Shown one piece after another: positions 19,701 to 27,371 of a stretch of DNA of 64,000 nt (within the stretch, counting starts at the first letter, position 1; each line of letters starts with the position of its first letter). Source of the DNA: a virus; IMG/VR virus record IMGVR_UViG_3300004369_000004, positions 36,864-100,863 of that record. One strand, written 5' to 3'. The translations under genes were made by a program, and so were the position numbers. Below the pieces are notes generated by a model. The model saw only the letters and a program-made list of their open reading frames with translations, searched no databases and was not told the DNA's origin.

Positions 19701-19961
19701 TCCATCTGGATGCGCTAAGAACAAAATCAACTTAGACTGCTCTACTATGTTAGTATAACCTACTACCTGAAATCCATCAAAACCTGCTTGGTTAAAATTA
19801 AAGCAGTTAGTATTACCAGGTTCGTTAGTATAAGTTACAGAGTCTCCGTCATGACTTTGTACATTAGCATTCAGAGCCCAAGTAATTTGATTTTCTTGGA
19901 TCTGAAAATTAATAGCGTCTAGATTAAGACCAATTATATTTTGATTTACCTTGTTCTGCAT
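13755..19961 (-). CDS. Tail muzzle / tail stabilisation protein, 2068 aa
   Basis: GLNLD N-terminus; GGQLPAGVYSFAIAY; YQRDEVYGFGI; PIRHHKFPD; YPIGV; FGGDTYITPF; C-terminal FISFYSFLP block. Size and position after the ring genes fit crAss-like order. Confidence 0.75.
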   Translation of the reverse strand: MQNKVNQNIIGLNLDAINFQIQENQITWALNANVQSHDGDSVTYTNEPGNTNCFNFNQAGFDGFQVVGYTNIVEQSKLILFLAHPDGRSRIGQVTNINNSCLEVVLSESEDCGCENGKVVTGSNVNSTSGQTSLTYTCPDGYTFDAATRQCIREVYTIPTRETLTYTCSPASNSAWGLYSAALYEPGWGSDGVGTYALLPSWWGAASVPYLQRHINKIAIQTKFNNVLVTNQWVGYEQTICIQDTKTYYIGIAADNRFRIGLNGNYIIDPNTYDANGNPIDTTSIPFVQNHLDASGGNHAFYGRFHIYPVQLPAGNHTISLEYWDYGVAQMIAAEIYDTDFNTILTAQSIEDIYGPAQENLVFTTDNKTELVKILTQECPEGTVLQVNPENCTEGCYKLETTPQVVDGEVTGQCCVYEDLVVDDCLDFCPGTCVEYVLGYRSSGIQLESDGVIVNTGTDYSTIEKYFSYTDCNGNEITDFMLGEQKRFTARKGSLKLQHDRLYIIQEVDVAETGTASFSKNNCCLNFDVAFPVQAEYRIDDCETKIYYISRNNPPRYFSIEYPYGRDACGTERTCIKESCEDSKIFPDFCVPEVHTVNISSGGQLPAGVYSFAIAYSDEQGLELTDYCDFNNPVPIFERAITEQTEYVTSKAIEVEVFHKTRIFEYFNLVVAETVNTTTTYHLVGTYRVNQATDKDQVIYTGDYKSTFSSIVPLIRSPHYETANIIEKQNDILMLADLEEYPKFNFQRFASRLDLRWETVKMPADGMMDYSSPEVAYFFRTYQRDEVYGFGIKFKLKNGKYTDVFHIPGRKKTSDDTIIESSFSNQDVYVAKTDCEIPDQLQRWQVYNTAGEGESFALPIDDANSIEKQYNCAIYNDKRGTFAYWESEEVYPCYDEIWEQDTDPNAPYYNPDALGGKPIRHHKFPDSAITHIHDHEIPSAGKLDSKVSNNSQSWIYPIGVRIVEQTMINLLNEKNSDGTYKYTVYDPIRKLEIPIKDVICGYELVRANRVGNKSVIAKGLLYDVGTYTDNSTGTNQKYYYSNYPYNDLRVDPYLRQDVKWTYESRGRRLGFFGIETGLTDLGTDISAPLDGFKSIRETGSAFRFNFVSPDTSFQYPKIGTELKFETVEVGKVRGHFQQVQDHPQYRFIDKGAYYDAGLISALLSAEFKGESDAEILSVTPGLTNKSGINIRYDKLMMNEQIILEIVEKLIPFQNFAYQYNSIATYNQFIKIDPLRNPAHKGNSKRFIELGYYINERIVQVFDDAPLHNRLRETGVYLKTKFPITHSERQIVDDSRYIATEHGGDITAEHEKRKTRAIYASVKRQFPNQYGQLQNMRYISTGYKQDLVRLADGSVTLEYKYYPAFGGDTYITPFALKRKHSFFTRNLVNVNARAVVVDEMPFDYFLFPNLAYPTYFYGTSNDVDTVDAGDVAGALLLVVAGYAVAVAATTATGVAGALAILSSNSLVISGINVIWSRFVKRTSLDPIHGLHRYYKRGAFYTASYGIPIFFVESDINTHFRHGRDLDKENFYPNVGGGIPDDWLQERNVPIKFDNFYHYNATYSSQNKSPNFPYLLKYPSLECIVNHQSRVIYSDQATDMNSNLSTDRWLSYRPGNKYDFPKEGGRLIDLNAGETEKVYARFENTTKVYNARIVLTSTSPYQLEIGNADMFKQKPVDLSNTDLGYIGSQHKAYVRTEFGTFWVDAKRGHVYQVSGQGFNEIKTQLNYNWFKENLPFQILKDLPSVDTDVPSLGIGIVMGWDERFERVFITKKDYRVVPSYRTGNTTVDYITDRLDPDYRYYVLRTGNTKTRIRLDDTRYFEDKSWTVAYSPKLKNFISFYSFLPNFFVPQLGHFQTIINRAQGASIWNHNLSPFVYQTYYGKLYPYILEYAVNSIPINHTVTSVSLFAEIQEYYTRQNYYSLSTADRKNKNTANFTKAIIYNREQSSGIVNLIPEQFGNTRQKLQYPRVGTSGIDTILSRRENKFTFNGFWNIAAQANGQSLWTSDWADLAAQYPIDKLPNTKAVRNVSVSFQKNKIKSDFTRVRLIQDRYNRYKFVNIIQITQTNQTTI

Positions 19962-19970
19962 CTAAGTCTA

Positions 19971-20807
19971 TTAAATAATGTGGTATTTAATAAATTTATT
20001 TCTACCCTTAACTACGCTATCAGCAGATTGCTGTTTAGTCTTAGTGAGAAGGTAAGAGAATGCTGCTTGCAATTTGCCCAATTGATCTTGTTTGTAGTAT
20101 TGGAATTTTCTTTCAATTTGAACACTGCTTTCATCAAGCTGACTGTGCCAAAGAGTTTCAAAAAATTTAAATTTCAAATATGATTTAATATACTCCTCTA
20201 CTTCAAGAATTTCAGGAACCAAAGGAATCTCAAACTCATCCATTGGTCTAGAAAAATATCTTACGTAGATACAACCTTCTGAAAAAGAAGCAGACATAGT
20301 TCTGTTGTCATAGATTTGAATAATATCTGGAGCAGGTGTATTAAGATTAGCACATTCTTCTGTGCAAAGATGCTTAGATCCATGATACACTCTCAAAGGC
20401 TTAGGATTCTTCATGCTAATCTTAAAGCCAGGATTAGATGCCCAGATTTGCTCAAATGTTTCTTCTTTAGGGTCACAAGTATCACAACCAGAAGTACACT
20501 CAATAGACTTATACCAGTACCCCTCTAGTGTAGTAATACCTCCATTAAACTCTATATTAGAATCATAAAGTGCTACTCTGTCCAATAATGCAAAATCACA
20601 TGGCAGCTGTGCTTTGTAATTTACAAAATGCACAACCATGTCTTCAGGCTTAAGAACCATAACTTTAAGCTTGCGCAAAGCCTGATCAATAAAAGTAGGA
20701 ATAAGAACTTCACTAACAGCACCTGCTTCAAAGTAATATTTAAGCTCTTGTTTTACTTCCGCTATAAGAGGCTCTGAAGATATGAAGTTGATGTTTTCGT
20801 ACTTCAT
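19971..20807 (-). CDS. Tail ring (tubular) protein, 278 aa
   Basis: VNYKAQLPCDF, SFSEGCIYVRY and PMDEFEIPLVP pattern of crAss-like ring proteins; immediately upstream of the muzzle gene. Confidence 0.6.
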   Translation of the reverse strand: MKYENINFISSEPLIAEVKQELKYYFEAGAVSEVLIPTFIDQALRKLKVMVLKPEDMVVHFVNYKAQLPCDFALLDRVALYDSNIEFNGGITTLEGYWYKSIECTSGCDTCDPKEETFEQIWASNPGFKISMKNPKPLRVYHGSKHLCTEECANLNTPAPDIIQIYDNRTMSASFSEGCIYVRYFSRPMDEFEIPLVPEILEVEEYIKSYLKFKFFETLWHSQLDESSVQIERKFQYYKQDQLGKLQAAFSYLLTKTKQQSADSVVKGRNKFIKYHII

Positions 20808-21256
20808 CGTTTTAATTCGTTATTTTTAATTAATTTAGCTAGATATCTTCTATGTTTCTGAGACAGTCTAAACTTGAAAAAGCTTAAGACTGGGTTTTTC
20901 TTTTCATAAAAATACATATGAACCTTATAGATAAAACCATCAGTATGACTATTCCTATATGGCGCATATACATTCTTTGCATTATATAGACCCCAATCTA
21001 TCCGAGTTTTAGCATCTTTAATAGGTTTTACTTTAATTAGTTTCAGGATACCAAGTTTTGGTATCTTGATTGTGTAAGAACCTTTTAAAAGCTTTTGAAA
21101 CATTTTCTCATTAACCAACTCTGGTATACTTGAAAACATTTCATAACTAATATCAGAACGACCAGTATCTTTTAAAAACTCTTTATAAGCTCTTAGATTA
21201 GATTTATTTACATCTGAAGTAAACCTTTTTCTAGATTTCTTTTCTATAGTTTCCAT
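20804..21256 (-). CDS. IHF/HU-like basic protein, 150 aa
   Basis: IKIPKLGILKL core followed by IDW...NSHTDGFIYK; conserved position between ring genes in crAss-like phages. Confidence 0.6.
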   Translation of the reverse strand: METIEKKSRKRFTSDVNKSNLRAYKEFLKDTGRSDISYEMFSSIPELVNEKMFQKLLKGSYTIKIPKLGILKLIKVKPIKDAKTRIDWGLYNAKNVYAPYRNSHTDGFIYKVHMYFYEKKNPVLSFFKFRLSQKHRRYLAKLIKNNELKR

Positions 21257-21258
21257 TA

Positions 21259-21900
21259 TTAAGGCTGCTCATCTCTATTGTTATCTTCGGCTTCAACGGG
21301 AATCTTATGATAATTAATCATATCCTGATTTACCATCTGTACCAATCCATCAACTAGATAAGGAGCAATCTTAAACTCTTTATCGTACATGCTCATGCAC
21401 TCACTTCCATCTTCATCCTCAATAGACTCTGTAAAGTATGCGTACATATTCACAGATTCTACATCAGGATCTAAAACATATAAATATCCATTACGGATAG
21501 TATAATATTTTCTGTTAGTCTTTACTCTCAGTCTTTGGTGATTAATAAAATCTCTGATAGTTGTAGGAAACAATTCTTCAGAGTTAGAAGTATTAAATAC
21601 ACCTTGAATAAAATAAGAATACAAACCTTCCTCAATTGTAGGCAACTTTCTTTTAGTTCTTCTGATATCACAGTTAAGATCGCATTCTGCTCCCTTAGCA
21701 GGAATTAAACAAATGCACTCATACGCTTGGTATAAGTTATCAGAAGCAAGAAGTTTTTTTAAGTTAACCTCTCTCTTAATAAGAACGGAAGCTTTGCTTT
21801 TTAGAGAATTATAAATGAAACGGTCACTGACAACATCGTCATCAGCTAAGAATTTATTAGAATTTTTAATTCTTGAAATTAAGTCACCGTTAGTCAACAT
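21259..21900 (-). CDS. Tail ring / structural protein, 213 aa
   Basis: SDRFIY, ICLIP, RTKRKLP, YYTIRNGYLYV and C-terminal DNN motifs; synteny. Confidence 0.55.
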   Translation of the reverse strand: MLTNGDLISRIKNSNKFLADDDVVSDRFIYNSLKSKASVLIKREVNLKKLLASDNLYQAYECICLIPAKGAECDLNCDIRRTKRKLPTIEEGLYSYFIQGVFNTSNSEELFPTTIRDFINHQRLRVKTNRKYYTIRNGYLYVLDPDVESVNMYAYFTESIEDEDGSECMSMYDKEFKIAPYLVDGLVQMVNQDMINYHKIPVEAEDNNRDEQP

Positions 21901-21914
21901 AATACCGCTTATTA

Positions 21915-21944
21915 CAAATATACTTAAATTTTAATTTTAGTCAA
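21915..21944 (-). promoter_or_regulatory. Bacteroidota-type promoter TTG-N19-TATATTTG for the ring/muzzle operon
   Basis: TTG actaaaattaaaatttaag TATATTTG on the minus strand, 15 nt upstream of the 21900 start. Confidence 0.75.
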
Positions 21945-21955
21945 GTTTTCTTTAA

Positions 21956-21990
21956 ACTAGTAGAGCCTAGTTACCTAGGCTCTTTCTAGT
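21956..21990 (-). terminator. Stem-loop, probable terminator after the 645-aa gene
   Basis: AGAGCCTAG-ttac-CTAGGCTCT perfect 9-bp stem; weak U tract. Confidence 0.5.
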
Positions 21991-22030
21991 AATTAGACAG
22001 GGAAACCAACCAACAAATCCTGCCAATATC

Positions 22031-23968
22031 TTAAGATTCTTTATGGTAAGTCAAGCCTCCAATAGCGACCTCAACAATATCACCTGAAGTGAAGTTAAGA
22101 GCTGTGGGACTTGTAAGGTATACAGTCATATCTGATCCACTTACATAAAGAGTAACATTTGTATTTACAGTACTGTACAACCCACCTATCTTAACATAAG
22201 CAGTTGCACTAAGCCAATGAATTCCAGTAGACTGCAACTCTGTAGGAACATTAGCTAAGTTCAAGCCTTGTCCATGACTCCAAGTTAGATTATCTGCAAT
22301 GTTAATTTGGAATACTCCATTAAGTACTACAAGATCACCAGACAAAGTTCCATAAGGAACTGAAGGTCCTGCAAGGTTAAATCTTAGAGCATTTCCTACA
22401 TTGTATTGGCTAGAACTATATCCAGAAAAACTGTATTTAGCTGGAGTAGTATCCTGAATAGCCAAGTCAATAGTAACTGCTGAAGTAGTCTCAGTTCTAG
22501 TTACAGGAATCGCACTGCCGTTTACGGTAATTGCAAAGCTCTTATTAAGCCACTCTGCAGGAGAGTTAGCAGTGTCATATACCAAGAAATCTCCATCAAC
22601 TGCAGTTGAAGTATCTACGTCTCCCATATCATCGATAGAAGTAGAATTCAAACTAGCAGCACTAAATGCAATTGATGAGCTGATTCCAATAGTAGGTCCA
22701 CAAGATCCTGAAGTAACTGTAAACTGAGAAGAATCAAACTTAACATTCAAAGTAGAAAGAACTGAAACAATTCTATCCAATTGAGTTTGGAGAGTAGCAG
22801 AAGTATTTGGCCAATTCCAAGTCTGTCCTTTAAAGACAGAGTTAGAAGGATAAGATCCTGCAAAACAACTAGCCCAAGTCAAAGAATAGCTACCTGTAGG
22901 TACACTAGCAATCTGAGTATTCAAATCTGCTACCTCACTAATCAAAAGATTAATTGCAGCAGAAGCAGTACTTACAGAAGATCCTCCAATCGAAGAAGCA
23001 TTTACCGATGTAGGAACAGTACCTGCACCTGCAATGTAAGTTTTAACGCTAGAGATAGTTGAAGTATTAGTGCTAATGCTAGAAGACAAATCTCCGTACA
23101 TACCGCACATATTGGATGTAATCCAGTTTAAGTACTCATAAATATCTGTACTCCCTGTGGGAAATCCTGTAAATGAATAAGCAATACAAGGATCAGAATC
23201 TACCCCAACAACACTAACAATACCTGCAACTCTTACAGCTTCAGATCCAAGTCCTTCAAGTGCCTCATTTAGATTATAAGGAGCTGAGGGGAATCCAGCA
23301 AGACTGACAACAGACTCTATTGTACTTATATCGTAAAGAGTATCATAGCTAGCAAGATTTGTATTAATAGCGCACAAAGCAGCAGAGGCAGACTCTACAA
23401 ACTCAGACTCGCTAGTAATAGGACTACCAATTCCAGTCAAGACTCCATTCTGTCTCAAGCAAGAATAAGCAAGACTTGAGTAGTCAAGTCCTCCACCTAG
23501 TCCTGAAGTTCCTGAACAAAGAGCTTCGTGGAATTTAACAATAATAGAATCTAAAGTAGCTCCTGTAGCAATTACAGGGTTAAGAGCAGTAACAGTTAGA
23601 GTAATATCATTTGCAGGAGAAGCTCCTCCAACGTCAGTACCTAGGATAGTAATCGTATCACCTACTGCATAAGAAGAACCTTTACTTGCGACAGTAACTG
23701 TGTATACAGTAGATCCTGCAGTCAAGTCAACTTGGAAAGTTGCATCAGCACCATCTCCACTAGTAGTTCCTGTTATACCTGTATATGATACATCAAGACC
23801 AGGCGCAACAGCTGTTCCTGCTACTGTAAAGGTACCAATAGCACCTTCTGTACAATAAAGATTTACTCCTGAGTAGGTTATGCACTTTGCATAATTAGTC
23901 GAAATACAACCAACTGTATCACAGGGCTGTACTGTAGAGGTTCCGTAACAATCAACGCAATGACTCAT
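22031..23968 (-). CDS. Putative tail fibre/appendage structural protein, 645 aa, Cys-rich N-terminus
   Basis: Ser/Thr/Gly-rich; repeated short helical motifs ending in LC/MC; DDMGDVD..DGDFLVYD..W fibre motif; beta-rich C-terminal domain. Confidence 0.55.
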   Translation of the reverse strand: MSHCVDCYGTSTVQPCDTVGCISTNYAKCITYSGVNLYCTEGAIGTFTVAGTAVAPGLDVSYTGITGTTSGDGADATFQVDLTAGSTVYTVTVASKGSSYAVGDTITILGTDVGGASPANDITLTVTALNPVIATGATLDSIIVKFHEALCSGTSGLGGGLDYSSLAYSCLRQNGVLTGIGSPITSESEFVESASAALCAINTNLASYDTLYDISTIESVVSLAGFPSAPYNLNEALEGLGSEAVRVAGIVSVVGVDSDPCIAYSFTGFPTGSTDIYEYLNWITSNMCGMYGDLSSSISTNTSTISSVKTYIAGAGTVPTSVNASSIGGSSVSTASAAINLLISEVADLNTQIASVPTGSYSLTWASCFAGSYPSNSVFKGQTWNWPNTSATLQTQLDRIVSVLSTLNVKFDSSQFTVTSGSCGPTIGISSSIAFSAASLNSTSIDDMGDVDTSTAVDGDFLVYDTANSPAEWLNKSFAITVNGSAIPVTRTETTSAVTIDLAIQDTTPAKYSFSGYSSSQYNVGNALRFNLAGPSVPYGTLSGDLVVLNGVFQINIADNLTWSHGQGLNLANVPTELQSTGIHWLSATAYVKIGGLYSTVNTNVTLYVSGSDMTVYLTSPTALNFTSGDIVEVAIGGLTYHKES

Positions 23969-23979
23969 TTTAATTTATA

Positions 23980-24507
23980 TTAGGGGCAGCAAGCGCAAAG
24001 TTTAACAATAATGGCTTGGAACAACTGACGCAAAGTTTGGATAGAATCTCCAGAACAAGGATCATCCCCCAAACACTGATCAGACAACCATACTTTGAAT
24101 GCTTGATCCAAAGGCAAATCCATCCAGAATACATCTCCAGAGTCAGTGCTAATATCTTTTGTCTTCAGGTAGTTCAGGCGAGATCTCAACTCACATACAA
24201 CTCCAACGAGTTTTAGAACTACTTCAGCTGAGTAATATTTTTCATCTTCTACAGTTACAGTAGAAAGGTTCATCAAGGGCTTAGTACCACAAGATGTATT
24301 AGCATTATCTAGAGTATTGCGATCAATACCTACACGAGTATCTAACTTGGTGATATTGTCATCAAAGAATTTAACTAGGTCATTTAAGAAAGGGTCACAG
24401 TAATCTGCTTTATCAAGCAAACCATCCTGCGTAGGTACCCCTGTATACTTAACACAACCAGAGTTAAGAATCTCAGCGCAATTATTAGTTTGACAACATT
24501 TGGCCAT
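23980..24507 (-). CDS. Cys-rich structural protein, 175 aa (12 Cys)
   Basis: Shares the Cx7CxxYxG N-terminal motif with the 645-aa protein. Confidence 0.55.
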   Translation of the reverse strand: MAKCCQTNNCAEILNSGCVKYTGVPTQDGLLDKADYCDPFLNDLVKFFDDNITKLDTRVGIDRNTLDNANTSCGTKPLMNLSTVTVEDEKYYSAEVVLKLVGVVCELRSRLNYLKTKDISTDSGDVFWMDLPLDQAFKVWLSDQCLGDDPCSGDSIQTLRQLFQAIIVKLCACCP

Positions 24508-24511
24508 TTTA

Positions 24512-24700
24512 TTATTGTTTTAATTTAAAGTTCAAAGTATCTAGACAATCTAGGCAGTGATTGTAACGCAAGAAGCTTACATACTTTCTAGATTTTCTAT
24601 AATATGGTTTTGTCAAATACTTAATATGCTGAAGCTCTTTATAAGCAGCCTTAGCAAGTTTTTCTTTAACAGTCTTGTTCAATTCTTCTGAGTAGGTCAT
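24512..24700 (-). CDS. Small basic hypothetical protein, 62 aa
   Basis: Fills the operon gap; overlaps the upstream gene by 35 nt; CxxC near the C-terminus. Confidence 0.5.
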   Translation of the reverse strand: MTYSEELNKTVKEKLAKAAYKELQHIKYLTKPYYRKSRKYVSFLRYNHCLDCLDTLNFKLKQ

Positions 24701-25172
24701 CGGCTTTCTTATAAAGTTCGGTTGCTTTTTCAGGATTACACAAGTCAGCGTGTGCTTCAGCTCCTCTTAGCAAGAAGTCTACTCGGTCTAAGTAGTAGAG
24801 CATCTTTTCATCGTCACAACAATCAATGTACTTAACCCACTGAGCTGCAAGTCTGCAATCAATCTTACAAGTTCTAAGATGGAATCTACTATTAGTTCCC
24901 AAATCGGGACATGTGGTTAGTACAAAATTATATACACCATCAGGCAAATCGCCCGCATCAACTTCTGAAGTTACGAACCCAAACGAATAACCATTTAAAA
25001 TATTGATTTCCCCAAGAACAAATTCAAATTCAAAGGGAGTAGTATAGCCAGGAACGTCTACTTGCAAGTTTGCACTATCAGGTGCAATAGGATAGTAAGA
25101 TGTATCCTGCACAGAAATAAAGCGACAATCTTTCGCCTTATAGATTTCTAGGTTTAATTTTACGCTTGGCAT
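24666..25172 (-). CDS. Structural protein (tail hub/collar-like), 168 aa
   Basis: DLPDGVY motif and C-terminal helical bundle (GAEAHADLCNPEKATELY); position in the crAss-like structural block. Confidence 0.55.
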   Translation of the reverse strand: MPSVKLNLEIYKAKDCRFISVQDTSYYPIAPDSANLQVDVPGYTTPFEFEFVLGEINILNGYSFGFVTSEVDAGDLPDGVYNFVLTTCPDLGTNSRFHLRTCKIDCRLAAQWVKYIDCCDDEKMLYYLDRVDFLLRGAEAHADLCNPEKATELYKKADDLLRRIEQDC

Positions 25173-25179
25173 GGGGTTT

Positions 25180-25210
25180 AAAAAAGGGGAGGAGTTACCC
25201 TCCCCATTTT
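25180..25210 (-). terminator. Intrinsic terminator
   Basis: GGGGAGG/CCTCCCC stem flanked by an A-run (U tract on minus) and a T-run. Confidence 0.65.
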
Positions 25211-25222
25211 AATTTAACTTAG

Positions 25223-25534
25223 TTAGGGAGCAGAGGTTACAGTTTCCCAAGCAGTACCGTTGTAAAACTTAAGAGATGTAGCAGTAGAGTCGTAAACCAA
25301 AGTACCTGCTACCATTCCAGTCAAAGCTGCAATTTCAGTAGTAGTGTAGGTCTTTAGTACGATAGTAGAATCTTGAATAGTAGCACCATCCAAAACTTTG
25401 ATGCAACATGTAGCGTTCTTCAGTAAGTTAATTACGAATTTTTCTAATGAAGCACCAGGAACCTTACCAGAGTTTGTAGCTTTGGTAGAAATGGTTTCCA
25501 AATATGTACCGTTTTTTAAAATTAGATCTTTCAT
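25223..25534 (-). CDS. Small structural protein (head fibre/decoration-like), 103 aa
   Basis: C-terminal TTTEIAALTGMVAGTLVYDSTATSLKFYNGTAW module typical of trimeric fibres; directly follows the auxiliary capsid gene. Confidence 0.55.
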   Translation of the reverse strand: MKDLILKNGTYLETISTKATNSGKVPGASLEKFVINLLKNATCCIKVLDGATIQDSTIVLKTYTTTEIAALTGMVAGTLVYDSTATSLKFYNGTAWETVTSAP

Positions 25535-25550
25535 TTGTTTTTTTATTTAA

Positions 25551-25571
25551 GGGGGGATTATTCGTCCCCCC
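25551..25571 (-). terminator. GC stem-loop after the auxiliary capsid gene (attenuator or stabiliser)
   Basis: GGGGGGA-ttattcg-TCCCCCC. Confidence 0.5.
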
Positions 25572-25588
25572 TATTTAACTTACTTTAA

Positions 25589-26638
25589 TTAGAAGGACAA
25601 TCCAGTAGCGTCTTCGATCAAGTTAGTAACAGCAGTATTCAAAGCTGTGTTACTGTCGTCTACCAATACGATCACAGAGTGAGTGTTAGTAGATTTCTTT
25701 TCGAATCCTACAGGAGAGTTCTCATTGTAAACAACCTCGTACATGTTGTAGTACAAAGACTTGTCTACAAACAACAATGCGTCAGAGTCATTGTTGTAGA
25801 TAGGGTTCCAGTATCTGCGAGCTTCGTGAGTAGCAGGCAAGTTGTTGCTGTAGAAGTTACGCTCCAACTCAGCCAAAGCAGCACCAGCACCGATAGTGTA
25901 CTTGATGTCTTGAGAGTAAGTGATAGCCCAAGGTGCACAAGCGCTCTCCAAATCAAAGTCCATAGTAGTAAATGGTCCTTCATGAACAGATACCTTGAAA
26001 CGTACCAAGTTGAATACGTAAGGAACTGCATCAGGAACACACTCGTTACCGAACTCGTCAAGAGCTTTACCAGTCAAGCTTACACCCCAGTCAGAACCAG
26101 ATCCAACTTTAGCAGCAGTTACATACTTAGCCAACAAAGGATTGTCATTAATTTCAGCAACAACTGCATCCATGTAAGTCTCAGCATCCAATGCATCGCA
26201 GTTTCCACCGCACTCAGAACAGCAAGCAGTCTTGATACGAATTGACTCCTGGATCATAGGCTGGAAAATGCCTTTAGTCCAGTACTCGTCAATCTTAATA
26301 GTAACTATGTACTCTTCATCACAAGCAAAGGTAGGAGTAGCGGTAGAAACACCGTCATAACCCAAGTGAGTGATTTGTTGTTGAGGAGCCTTGTTAGCAG
26401 GAACAGTCTTGCGGATGTACAATACATTAGCAGGATCGATTGTGCTAGTCTTGAAAGAACCAAACTTGGTGCTTCCACTACCAATAACCAATTTAAAAGC
26501 GCCAGTCGCAGGAGTAGCACCTTTGTTAGTAGACAATGCGGGATCAAATACAGCGATTTCACCAGCAGTTAGAGCATCAGTGGTTGCAGAAGCATCTGCA
26601 GCACTGGGAACAAAAATTTGTGTGATTTTGTGGTCCAT
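25589..26638 (-). CDS. Auxiliary capsid protein (crAss-like), 349 aa
   Basis: Strong high-expression codon bias like the MCP; size and position three genes downstream of the MCP; followed by a hairpin. Confidence 0.55.
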   Translation of the reverse strand: MDHKITQIFVPSAADASATTDALTAGEIAVFDPALSTNKGATPATGAFKLVIGSGSTKFGSFKTSTIDPANVLYIRKTVPANKAPQQQITHLGYDGVSTATPTFACDEEYIVTIKIDEYWTKGIFQPMIQESIRIKTACCSECGGNCDALDAETYMDAVVAEINDNPLLAKYVTAAKVGSGSDWGVSLTGKALDEFGNECVPDAVPYVFNLVRFKVSVHEGPFTTMDFDLESACAPWAITYSQDIKYTIGAGAALAELERNFYSNNLPATHEARRYWNPIYNNDSDALLFVDKSLYYNMYEVVYNENSPVGFEKKSTNTHSVIVLVDDSNTALNTAVTNLIEDATGLSF

Positions 26639-26651
26639 GATTTTTTATATT

Positions 26652-27368
26652 TTATTCTGAATCTTTAGTTAAACGATTATCGGCAAAGGCTGCTTGTATC
26701 TGATTATCATTAGATTGAGCTGCGAATTTGACGGCTAGGTCAACTACATCTCCCTTAGCGTAGTAAGGAAGTTCACAGTTAACATTAGTAGAGTCTGTGT
26801 CATCAATCTTTTTATATCCTTGAATATCAATTTGATTCGGATATCTTAGATAAGTTAAAAACACAGAATCTAAACTAAACTCGTCACTAGTGTATACGTA
26901 CAACTTATTATCGCCTAATGTTGCTAGTGCACTTCTCCATGCGAAGGAAGGACTAAAGTTGGCATCATAGTACATAGTTTCAAGCTCACCTTGCTTTATG
27001 AGGTCTATCGAAATTGTTTCTTTGCATTTTGATTTCTTTGCAATACAATAAGAAGACACATAAAACATATAATTCTCAGCGTCAGTCAAAGGACATTCAA
27101 ATCCAATAAACCTTGCATCGTTTGTTTTTTGTGGCCGCAAACGCACATTAGATTTCTTCAATACCTGAAGATCATCAATGCGCTTACGAATAGCTTCGTA
27201 TCCTAACTTGTAGACGTTATTAGGATTAATCTTAGATTTAATCCAAGAAATCTGAGCACGGTTTAAGTAAAGAATAATGTCTTCAATTGGAATATCAACA
27301 TTATCTTGACGATTAACTTTATTAATCATCAACTTAAACTCATACACTAACTCGTCTACTGGTATCAT
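26652..27368 (-). CDS. Tail ring/neck protein, 238 aa
   Basis: IILYLNRAQ, KRIDDLQVL, LTYLRYP and CELP..DVVDLAV motifs of crAss-like ring proteins. Confidence 0.65.
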   Translation of the reverse strand: MIPVDELVYEFKLMINKVNRQDNVDIPIEDIILYLNRAQISWIKSKINPNNVYKLGYEAIRKRIDDLQVLKKSNVRLRPQKTNDARFIGFECPLTDAENYMFYVSSYCIAKKSKCKETISIDLIKQGELETMYYDANFSPSFAWRSALATLGDNKLYVYTSDEFSLDSVFLTYLRYPNQIDIQGYKKIDDTDSTNVNCELPYYAKGDVVDLAVKFAAQSNDNQIQAAFADNRLTKDSE

Positions 27369-27371
27369 TTA

